Shown here: positions 56,469 through 64,000 of the stretch, one piece after another
Numbering within the stretch: position 1 is the stretch's first letter
Layout of the letters: each line of letters opens with the position of its first letter
NCBI GenBank assembly: GCA_034928305.1
Contig: JAYFOZ010000001.1
Location: forward strand, 173,255 to 237,254
DNA: 64,000 nt
Direction: 5' to 3'
DNA from: Methanomassiliicoccaceae archaeon
Lineage (GTDB): Archaea; Thermoplasmatota; Thermoplasmata; Methanomassiliicoccales; Methanomethylophilaceae
Program-made: the position numbers and the translations under genes
The notes under the pieces: generated by a model
What the model saw: the letters and a program-made list of their open reading frames with translations, nothing else
What the model was told of the DNA's origin: nothing
Databases searched by the model: none

Positions 56469-56636
56469 TCAGACGGGGAAGAATACCTGTGCCACAATAA
56501 CTATGGCGACCAAGGCTATGGCAATGCCGATGACGGCCTTGGGTGTGATTTTTATCCCCTTGTCGGTCTCCGAGTCAAAATATCTCATGAGCCCGGCCGA
56601 AGACTGGAATCCGCTGTCGTTCTTTTTCTGTGCCAT
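56469..56636 (-). CDS. secG: preprotein translocase subunit Sec61-beta (archaeal SecG), 55 aa, below ORF-track cutoff
   Basis: Hand translation MAQKKNDSGFQSSAGLMRYFDSETDKGIKITPKAVIGIAIALVAIVIVAQVFFPV. SAGLMRYFD plus a C-terminal TM is the family signature. Confidence 0.8.
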   Translation of the reverse strand: MAQKKNDSGFQSSAGLMRYFDSETDKGIKITPKAVIGIAIALVAIVIVAQVFFPV

Positions 56637-56736
56637 CGGACTTACAATTATGGGTCTATATAAAAAGGTTATCCGTTTCGTTCGTTCAGCTTGGAAAATG
56701 TCTTAATAGAGCGTGGCTGTTGATGCTCCGATTCGA

Positions 56737-58281
56737 ATGCATTGGGCGGACGTAATTGCTAAGGACATCGCAGAAAGTTGCGAGAAGCCACTCATAGCCA
56801 CGGGCATCAGTCCCACGGGCATCATCCACGTAGGCAGCCTCAGGGAGGCCATCACCGGTGAGTCTGTGCGAAGCGCAGTTGAGGGCTTGGGCAAGGAAGT
56901 TAGATTGATATATCTCATCGATTCCTTCGACCCGCTCCGCAAACGTTATGATTTTCTGCCTCCGGAGTTCGAAAAGTACGTCGGAATGCCGATATCAAGG
57001 ATACCCTGTCCCTGCGGCAAGCACAAGAACTATGCCCATCACTTCGTCCAGCCGTTCCTTGACGCCGTGGACTCGCTGGGCGTCCAGTGCGAGATAATAT
57101 GGACCCACGAACTATACGACGAAGGAAAGTTCGCCAAAGCCGTAGACATGTCTATGAAGAAGAGGGATCAGGTCATAAGGATAATGACGGACGTCACAGG
57201 CAAGGCCGAGAACTCGGAATATGCCCCATACAATCCCCTGTGCTCGGCCTGCGGAAGGTTCACTAAGCCTGTCTTCGAAACCTATGAATTCCCATATATG
57301 GAGTACGAATGTACATGCGGAAATCACGGGAAGGCGGACGTACGCAAGGCAGAAGGAAAGCTTACATGGAGGCTCGAGTGGCCTGCCAAGTGGATGATTT
57401 TCGGCACGTCGGCCGAGCCGTTCGGAAAGGACCATGCGGCCGCCGGCGGCTCTTACGACACGGGCAAGAGGATAGTGGACGAGATCTTCGGCGGAAATGC
57501 ACCCTATCCTATTCCGTACGAGTTCGTACAGCTGAAGGGAGTGGGGCAGATGCACAAATCGCTCGGATGCCCGGTTACGGGGCTCGATGCGATCAATATG
57601 ACTCCCCCAGAAGTTTTGAACTATCTTTTCCTAAGGGTAAATCCTTCCAGGGCGATCGATTACGACTCCGGCCTGGGGACATTGGATATCGCCGACGAGT
57701 ACGACCGTATGGAAAAGCTTTACTTCGGAGGTGAATGGGCCGAAGCCGAGGACAGCTCCGTACAGGCATACGTGATCGCGCAGCATAATCATATTCCGAC
57801 TCGTCTTCCGCATCAGATTTCATACAGGCATCTGGTCAACGTGGCACAGATGGCCCCAACATTCGAAGGGGTTGTGGAGATCCTCGAACGTACTGACGAC
57901 CTTTCCGACATGACCGAAAGCGACAGGAAAAGGCTGTCGCGCCGTATAGATTGTGTCAGATACTGGCTCAACGGTTTTGCACCCGACAGCGTCAAATTTT
58001 CGGTCAGCAGCACCGTTCCGTCCGGTATCGAGCTTTCGATGAACGAGAAGGTCTTCCTGAAAGCCCTGTCTGTTAAGATGTACGACTGCAATTGGGATCC
58101 CGATTCCATCGGGTCCACTATAGCGGACACGGCCAAGGATTCCCCGCTGGGACTCAAGGGAGGGTATGGCGCCATGTACCGGATATTCATAGGCAAGAAG
58201 GCCGGACCCAGATTGGGTACGTTCTTGGCCAGCATGGACAAGAGCTTCGTGATCAACAGGATAATTCAGGCTTCCAATTGA
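56737..58281 (+). CDS. lysK: lysyl-tRNA synthetase, class I
   Basis: MHWAD start typical of class I LysRS, HIGS-type motif GIIHVGSLRE, Zn-finger-like C..C..C.C. The upstream GTG 56713 is an alternative start. Confidence 0.9.
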   Translation: MHWADVIAKDIAESCEKPLIATGISPTGIIHVGSLREAITGESVRSAVEGLGKEVRLIYLIDSFDPLRKRYDFLPPEFEKYVGMPISRIPCPCGKHKNYAHHFVQPFLDAVDSLGVQCEIIWTHELYDEGKFAKAVDMSMKKRDQVIRIMTDVTGKAENSEYAPYNPLCSACGRFTKPVFETYEFPYMEYECTCGNHGKADVRKAEGKLTWRLEWPAKWMIFGTSAEPFGKDHAAAGGSYDTGKRIVDEIFGGNAPYPIPYEFVQLKGVGQMHKSLGCPVTGLDAINMTPPEVLNYLFLRVNPSRAIDYDSGLGTLDIADEYDRMEKLYFGGEWAEAEDSSVQAYVIAQHNHIPTRLPHQISYRHLVNVAQMAPTFEGVVEILERTDDLSDMTESDRKRLSRRIDCVRYWLNGFAPDSVKFSVSSTVPSGIELSMNEKVFLKALSVKMYDCNWDPDSIGSTIADTAKDSPLGLKGGYGAMYRIFIGKKAGPRLGTFLASMDKSFVINRIIQASN

Positions 58282-59373
58282 TCAGAGTATTCCCATGTCG
58301 GTGAGCTTCTCAGGAAGGTAAGTGTCGGTAACGAAGTCCAGGCCGTACTTGGCCAAGGCCTGCTGTTCTGCCTTTTTCTTCATTCCCAGCATGGCTTGGA
58401 TCTCGTTCTCCCAGAACTCGTCCTTGAAGCGCGGGTCCGAAAGTTCGGCATTGAGGGCCCCCACGTCCTTTTCCGAGAGGCTGTCGGTCGGCAGGTCGTA
58501 GTTTAGAATGTCGGATGGAGTTATACCTATGAACTGGGCAGAAGGTGTCGCCAGGTAATCGGATATGTGGGCGGTCTTTATCGCGCCGTATGCGACCGAC
58601 GCGAATATCCTGAACGACCAGGGGTCGCCGTCGGTGAACACCGTGACGGGCAGGCGCAGTTCCTCGTTGACCCTTTTTATGAAACGTCTTGTGCTTCTCG
58701 TAGGTTGCCCTTTGAGATGTACCAGCAGTACATCGTACTTCTCCGGGAATCCGTTCTCCACGAGCCTGTCGAACATACCTCCCGTCTCTATTGCCATGAC
58801 AAATTTCGCGCCGCAATCCTTGAAATCGATCTTGTCGGGCCCGACGTTGTAAGGTATGCCGTATCCCGAATCTCCGACATCGTCGATGCAGTTGATCTTT
58901 TTCTTCTCGCCCTTGCGGGTAAGTTCCGTGAGCGTAAGGTCACCGTAGACCCTGGCGCCGTCCTCTTCGGGGCGGAGTTTGAATTCTTCCCTCATACATC
59001 CGGTTATGACCTCCAGGTCCTCTGCCAGAATGTTGCTCTCGTCCTGACTGTGGAACTTTGCGTTGTTCCATCCTTCGGAGATATAGTACATCTCCCTCAG
59101 GGTCGAGGACTTGTTGGCGTTAAGCATGCTCTTTATGAAGTCTGCGGTGTAGACGGTCCTGAGCAGCATGAGGGCTCCCTTGACGGTCTTTGCCGTACGG
59201 ACAGATTTCTGGTCGCCGTACTTCCAAACGCTGGACTTCGGATCGAATTCGATGTTCCTCTTCGATCTGAGGGAAATGTTCATTGCAGGCACGTTTCCGT
59301 TGTCTATATTGTCGTATAGACCTTCGACGATTTTGGTGAGGCTTTCTATCGTGTTCTCTTTTTTATCTGTCAT
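58282..59373 (-). CDS. top6A: DNA topoisomerase VI subunit A (Spo11-like)
   Basis: [10 protein letters not shown] (catalytic Tyr context) and Toprim [20 protein letters not shown]. Start set at MTDKKEN, just after the top6B stop; the 59448 ORF-track start overlaps top6B and is rejected. Confidence 0.9.
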   Translation of the reverse strand: MTDKKENTIESLTKIVEGLYDNIDNGNVPAMNISLRSKRNIEFDPKSSVWKYGDQKSVRTAKTVKGALMLLRTVYTADFIKSMLNANKSSTLREMYYISEGWNNAKFHSQDESNILAEDLEVITGCMREEFKLRPEEDGARVYGDLTLTELTRKGEKKKINCIDDVGDSGYGIPYNVGPDKIDFKDCGAKFVMAIETGGMFDRLVENGFPEKYDVLLVHLKGQPTRSTRRFIKRVNEELRLPVTVFTDGDPWSFRIFASVAYGAIKTAHISDYLATPSAQFIGITPSDILNYDLPTDSLSEKDVGALNAELSDPRFKDEFWENEIQAMLGMKKKAEQQALAKYGLDFVTDTYLPEKLTDMGIL

Positions 59374-59374
59374 T

Positions 59375-61417
59375 TCAGTCAGCCTCCTTTTCGAATTCCT
59401 CTTCCTCGAGTTCTTCCTCTTCCTCTTCAGAGGTGTCTTCTTCGGCAAGGATATCCTCTTCCTCTGTGATTTCCATGCCCTTTATGCCCCAGTCTCCGGG
59501 CAGTGGCTCCGCGCCCATGATTATCGCGGGGTTGATTCCCGAAACGTAAACGTCTTCCTGCGAAAAGGTATCTGCCATCTCCCCGCTCAGCTCGAACGAA
59601 ACGATGGTCGATTTCGATGGTTGCAGGTCCCTTATCTCCCAATAGGCCTTTCCGTCTTCGCTGAGCTCTACGAAAGAAGGGTTCATGAAAAGTGCCAGAT
59701 TAACGGATTCCTTAGGAACCTGTGCGTGCAGGCCGAAGTTTCTCACGGTGTTCGTGTAGTTGTATATCATGTAGGTGTATTTGCGCTCTTTTTTGCTGAG
59801 CTTTTCCATCGCTGGTTCGATCCACACCACGTTCATTATTTTGGTGATGGTCCTTTCCAAGGACGGCATCGGCCTTCCCAGGTAATCGGCCGACTTTTTT
59901 GCCAGGTCAGGCAGGATCTCCTGAACGATCTCGAACTTGGCATGTGTTTTCGTGCGTCTCTCCAGTTTGTTCAAGTGGCTTTTAAGGTTCCTTGCGCACA
60001 GTCTAAGGGCGGCAGATACCTCGCTAAGTATCTCCGGATAGCTGGCTATGGCCTCTTTTCCCTCGGATGTGAACGGCACTTTCGTGGAGGCTACATGCAC
60101 AAGTATTATCGCAGGCCCATATGGGATCCCCTTTCCGCCCCTCTGTTCCAGGCCATAACGCCTCCAATCCATATCGGATATCGCCTTGGTGATCGCGCAT
60201 GCTCCCTGCTGATACAGCAACGGGACGCGGTTCGCGAACCTCAGTATATTCACCTGGCCATCCGAAGGGATGTCCCCACCGTAAACGATGCCCGCCTCGA
60301 CCACGAACGGGTTCCCGTTGGCGGTCTTGGGAGGTCTGGTCACAGGCGTTGCATAATAATCAGGACGCAGCCCCTCCATAACATGCATGAGCCCCTTTTT
60401 GATGAGCGTGTCCCCTATAGGCGACAGACAGTCTGTCTGAGGTGCCATGATCTTAACTTTACCGATAGCATCGATCATTGCGGCGCATTGATCCCTCGTA
60501 AGGTCCTGGGGCGAAATCATCGGGTCGATCTTCGACAGTTGCAGTATATCGTCCGCTATGCGTCCCGTAACCCTTGAGAAATCTTCTTTGAGGAAAGATC
60601 TGACGTTTTTCTGTTTGCTGCCGTGGGCGAATTTTATGATGTCGCCGATCTCCATTCCCTCAGGGTGCGGTTTGATTTCCTTCGGTCTCGGAGGAATGAT
60701 CTCTGTTGCTTTCTCGAACGTCCATTTCTTACCATCTGGGTCATGGAATATTACGGATGCGTGGGGATTCACGATCGCAGTGTTCTTCAGATATTCGAAA
60801 ATAGATTGTTTGCCGGTTACATATCTGCCCTTGATGGTAAATTCTATGCTTGTCCCGTGTTCGCGGTCCCAGGTGAAAGCCCTCTCTTTTGTAACGAGAG
60901 GACGGTTAGTCTTGGTGTCTATGACAATATCCATCTCCCAGGCGACCTCATCGTCGCCCGATATCTTGGATATTACATGAGCCGGTTTTCCTGTAGTGAG
61001 ATAGCCGTACATGACGGTCGCAGATATACCGATCCCCTGTTGGCCCCTTGACTGCCTGAGGGCGTGAAACCTGGATCCGTACAGAAGGCGGCCGTACACG
61101 TTTTTAATCGCGTTGTGAACTATGCCAGGTCCGTTGTCTTCGACGGTTATTTTATAGTCGTCATCGTCAAGACGTTCTATCCTGACGGATATCTCAGGAG
61201 GTATCTCCGCTTCCTCGCATGCATCGAGCGAGTTATCTACGGCCTCCTTTATGCCCATCAGAAGAGATTTCGAACGCGAATCGAATCCGAGTATCTGTTT
61301 GTTCTTCTCGAAAAATTCGGCGACCGATATCTCCTGCTGTTTGTCCGCTAATTTGTACGCTATGGACCTGCCATTGGCCTTCGGTCCCGAATCGGTAACA
61401 TCTTCTGTAGAGCGCAT
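59375..61417 (-). CDS. top6B: DNA topoisomerase VI subunit B (GHKL ATPase) with an acidic C-terminal tail
   Basis: Bergerat-fold motifs EAVDNSLDA, DNGPGI and GQQGIGIS. Tail EEDILAEEDTSEEEEEELEEEEFEKEAD. Confidence 0.9.
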   Translation of the reverse strand: MRSTEDVTDSGPKANGRSIAYKLADKQQEISVAEFFEKNKQILGFDSRSKSLLMGIKEAVDNSLDACEEAEIPPEISVRIERLDDDDYKITVEDNGPGIVHNAIKNVYGRLLYGSRFHALRQSRGQQGIGISATVMYGYLTTGKPAHVISKISGDDEVAWEMDIVIDTKTNRPLVTKERAFTWDREHGTSIEFTIKGRYVTGKQSIFEYLKNTAIVNPHASVIFHDPDGKKWTFEKATEIIPPRPKEIKPHPEGMEIGDIIKFAHGSKQKNVRSFLKEDFSRVTGRIADDILQLSKIDPMISPQDLTRDQCAAMIDAIGKVKIMAPQTDCLSPIGDTLIKKGLMHVMEGLRPDYYATPVTRPPKTANGNPFVVEAGIVYGGDIPSDGQVNILRFANRVPLLYQQGACAITKAISDMDWRRYGLEQRGGKGIPYGPAIILVHVASTKVPFTSEGKEAIASYPEILSEVSAALRLCARNLKSHLNKLERRTKTHAKFEIVQEILPDLAKKSADYLGRPMPSLERTITKIMNVVWIEPAMEKLSKKERKYTYMIYNYTNTVRNFGLHAQVPKESVNLALFMNPSFVELSEDGKAYWEIRDLQPSKSTIVSFELSGEMADTFSQEDVYVSGINPAIIMGAEPLPGDWGIKGMEITEEEDILAEEDTSEEEEEELEEEEFEKEAD

Positions 61418-61475
61418 CCGATGGTACGAATGCCTGGGCCGTTTTTACCTTTATCGGTATGGTGGCCTGCCCAGG

Positions 61476-62612
61476 TCATTTCTTGCTTTCGAACCTTTTT
61501 CCGCAACTTGGACAGAACTCCGATGCGCTGGGGACATCCTCTCCGCACTCGGGGCATTCGAAGGTCGAATCAGACAATTCAATGGTGCCGTCAGCGTGCT
61601 GTATCTCCAATTCGATATCATCGTCGAAACCCGCACCGCACTTAGGGCACTTCTTTGCATCATCTGGAACTTCAGCGCCGCAGTCCGAACATATAAAGGA
61701 ATCCTTCTTATCGGGCTTTATCTCCTGGGGCACGTCGATGTACGATCCGCATTTGCGGCACTTAACCTCGCCGGGGAGCACTATCGAATTGCACTGTTTG
61801 CACCTTCCGTATCCCGGAGGGTATAGGCGGCCCTGCTTGACCATCTTGTCGCGGGTCTTATTGGCGCTGGACCTCATTCCGTAGGTCAGGAACAATATCA
61901 TGAAGTAGAGCAACATGCACAGTCCCAGGTAATATGCCGTACCGGTCCAGTAAACCGAGTTTTTGGCTGAGCTGGAGGTCAGCTCGTCCAAAAAGAAAGT
62001 GACGGACTGGGAATTACTCAATTTCGAGTCGGAGTTCGCTGTGTCGGCCATGTAGAAATATATTATGTACAGTTCGTTGTCGACCGGGACGTCGAAAGTC
62101 GCAGTACCGCTGGCCTGATCGTAAGAAACAGGCTGCAGGGTCCTCTCCGAACCGGAAACCCCATACGTGCTGGAATATCCGACCATGTCGATCATGGAGA
62201 CAAAGGCCAAGGGCTTGTGGTCGGAATCCGTGTCGGTATAGGTCACGGTGAATTGATAGGTGTCGGATGAGACAGTATAGGTCGCTGCGGTGAAATCGCC
62301 GCTCTCCTCGAAATCGTCGTTCGCACCTACATAGGCGGGCGAAGAGTACAGGCTTCCGGCAAGTAATGCGACCACGGCAAAAACCACGCCGTGGAATACA
62401 AACACTTTGACGTTTTTGACCTTAAGCAGGTGGGGCACCATGTAAAGGACTGCGGCCACTATGATCATGGCGAAGCAGCTGAACATCATGTATATCCCCG
62501 ACATGAGGATGAATAGTGTCAGCACAAAACTTGCGGCGAGGCCCGCCAGCTGTTTTGTGGTTAATTCTATCTTCTTTTTATCTGCCGATTTCTCGGTGTT
62601 CTCTATGGCCAT
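61476..62612 (-). CDS. membrane protein with three C-terminal zinc-ribbon motifs
   Basis: N-terminal 3 TM segments, an extracytoplasmic roughly 150 aa, one TM, then CKQC..CRKC, CSDC..CPKC, CPEC..CPSC. Confidence 0.6.
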   Translation of the reverse strand: MAIENTEKSADKKKIELTTKQLAGLAASFVLTLFILMSGIYMMFSCFAMIIVAAVLYMVPHLLKVKNVKVFVFHGVVFAVVALLAGSLYSSPAYVGANDDFEESGDFTAATYTVSSDTYQFTVTYTDTDSDHKPLAFVSMIDMVGYSSTYGVSGSERTLQPVSYDQASGTATFDVPVDNELYIIYFYMADTANSDSKLSNSQSVTFFLDELTSSSAKNSVYWTGTAYYLGLCMLLYFMILFLTYGMRSSANKTRDKMVKQGRLYPPGYGRCKQCNSIVLPGEVKCRKCGSYIDVPQEIKPDKKDSFICSDCGAEVPDDAKKCPKCGAGFDDDIELEIQHADGTIELSDSTFECPECGEDVPSASEFCPSCGKRFESKK

Positions 62613-62706
62613 CGGGCCTGTAACGGGTTCGTTAATTAAAAAGTATCTAAGTAGTTTTTCGTGCCAACTCTAATATAACCTTTCACTATCAAGGAACGGG
62701 AAACAA

Positions 62707-63807
62707 TTGGCGACCATCGAGGAGCAGATTAAGGAATTGGAGGAACAGATCTCCAATACGAAATACAACAAGGCCACCGAAGGTCACATCGGAAAGCTTA
62801 AGGCAAAGATCGCCAAGCTCTCCGCAGAGGAGGAAAAAAGGCGCTCTTCCAAAGGACCCACTAAAGGATTCTATGTAAAAAAGGCAGGAAATGCGACTGT
62901 GGCACTGGTCGGATTCCCCTCCGTGGGTAAATCAACTCTCCTTAACCAGCTTACAGATGCCAAATCCGAGATCGGCGCATATCACTTCACAACGCTGGAC
63001 GTTGTGCCAGGTATCTTGGAGTACAACCATGCGAAAATCCAGATACTCGACATGCCGGGACTGATCAAGGACGCTTCCCGCGGAAAGGGGCGCGGGCGCG
63101 AGGTCATCGCGGCGGCCAGAGCTTCAGACATAATCCTTTTCGTGGTCGATGTTTTCAATCCCAGCATCGATGTCCTTTTCAACGAGTTATATACTTCCGG
63201 AGTACGTTTGGACCAGAAGGCCCCGGACGTGGTCATAACTCCGACGGGCCAGGGCGGCGTCCTTATAAAGCCCACACTTAAACTGACCAAGACCACGGAG
63301 GAAGTGATCAAGGATATGACCATAGCATATGGGCACATCAACGCTACCGTGGTCGTCCGCGAGGACATCAATGTAGAGCAGATGCTTGACGTTTTGTCAG
63401 GAAACAGAGTTTACATAAAATCGCTAATGGCGGTCAACAAGATCGATCTGGCTCTGCCCGGGCAGCTCGAGGCCGTAAAGGAAAAGCACAACGAATTCCG
63501 CACGGTGCCTCTATCGGCAGCCACAGGTGCCGGGATAGAGGACCTGAAGCAGGCGCTGTACGACACCATCGACATGATACGCGTATACCTCAAGCCCCAG
63601 GGACAGGAGGCCGACATGGATGTGCCTTTGATCGTCAAGAGGGGAAACAATGTCGGCGACGTGTGCGAGCTCATCCATAGGGATTTCAGGAATCAGTTCA
63701 GATATGCGATGGTATGGGGAAAAAGCGCCAAGTTCCCGGGTCAGACGGTGGGTATGGACCACGTCATGGAGGACGAGGATATTCTTTCCATAATCGTAAG
63801 GCGCTGA
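62707..63807 (+). CDS. OBG-class GTPase of the DRG family (with C-terminal TGS domain)
   Basis: G1 GFPSVGKST, G3 DMPGL, G4 NKID. N-terminal coiled region IEEQIKELEEQI. TTG start. Confidence 0.85.
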   Translation: MATIEEQIKELEEQISNTKYNKATEGHIGKLKAKIAKLSAEEEKRRSSKGPTKGFYVKKAGNATVALVGFPSVGKSTLLNQLTDAKSEIGAYHFTTLDVVPGILEYNHAKIQILDMPGLIKDASRGKGRGREVIAAARASDIILFVVDVFNPSIDVLFNELYTSGVRLDQKAPDVVITPTGQGGVLIKPTLKLTKTTEEVIKDMTIAYGHINATVVVREDINVEQMLDVLSGNRVYIKSLMAVNKIDLALPGQLEAVKEKHNEFRTVPLSAATGAGIEDLKQALYDTIDMIRVYLKPQGQEADMDVPLIVKRGNNVGDVCELIHRDFRNQFRYAMVWGKSAKFPGQTVGMDHVMEDEDILSIIVRR

Positions 63808-63886
63808 ATCATCGGGGCGCTGGCATTAAATGCCGGTTGGCCCTTACCTACACCAGGATTTCCGCCTCTTTAGGCAGGGTGTGAAA

Positions 63887-64000
63887 ATGAACAGCAAAAC
63901 TAAGATCATGTTGGTCGCGGTCCTGGCCCTTTCCGCGGCGGCATTCGGAGCCGTCGTCTACGAGGCCGAGGAGGCCGACGCAGCCCATCCTGAGTACCTC
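63887..64000 (+). CDS. hypothetical secreted/membrane protein, 3'-truncated by the window edge
   Basis: MNSKTKIMLVAVLALSAAAFGAVVY signal/TM-like start. The ORF runs off the window. Confidence 0.35.
   Translation, partial: MNSKTKIMLVAVLALSAAAFGAVVYEAEEADAAHPEYL

Noticed and set aside
56503-56706. Plus-strand 67-aa ORF.
   Set aside because: The opposite strand encodes a recognisable Sec61-beta. The plus-strand product is just its hydrophobic mirror.
1-64000. CRISPR arrays, transposases, integrases, prophage genes, rRNA operons.
   Set aside because: I saw no direct-repeat/spacer periodicity, no DDE or tyrosine-recombinase-like ORFs, and no rRNA-like stretches on reading both strands. The only island-like candidate is the single DUF2075 gene next to the tRNA cluster.

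Overview
Archaeal chromosomal segment. Hallmarks are an LSm-L37e pair, L41e, Sec61-beta, class I LysRS, Topo VI A/B, a DRG GTPase and tRNAs with bulge-helix-bulge introns. Lineage is not verifiable from here; the gene content fits a euryarchaeon or methanogen-like organism. About 55 protein genes and 5 tRNAs are dense on both strands. I saw no CRISPR array, transposase or integrase. Housekeeping blocks: purF; a complete, translationally coupled trpEGDCFBA operon (3925-10386, minus strand); an amino-acid block (ACT, hom, cimA-like, UPF0237/UPF0210); a sulfur/Fe-S block (nifS, nifU, cysK, metY, Rrf2); nadE; crcB; lysK; top6AB. The stand-out region is 19.0-35.5 kb. It holds a nitrogenase-superfamily reductase whose NifH-like ATPase is fused in-frame to a NifD/BchN-like domain, plus a NifK/BchB-like partner. 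Next to it are an ABC-2 exporter, a type-II (BtuCD/FecCD-class) ABC importer whose binding protein carries a dockerin-like module, and a complete class I chelatase (CobN + ChlI-like + ChlD-like). A second FecCD/BtuF-type importer lies at 45.9-51.8 kb, with repeated DUF4430-like modules and a PQQ-propeller::permease fusion. All these promoters carry a 17-nt palindrome, TTGGAT-N5-ATCCAA (7 copies found by eye, all intergenic). I read this as one regulon: a candidate, apparently undescribed, metallo-tetrapyrrole uptake/remodelling system. Other notable items: tRNA-Arg(UCU) with a perfect BHB intron in the T-loop (59/60); tRNA-Trp with a ~98-nt intron carrying C/D-box-like elements predicting Cm34; a PD-(D/E)xK + DUF2075 helicase-like gene beside the tRNA cluster; a TetR gene and a micro-ORF promoter sharing operator motifs; and three short conserved genes missing from the ORF track (L37e, L41e, Sec61-beta).
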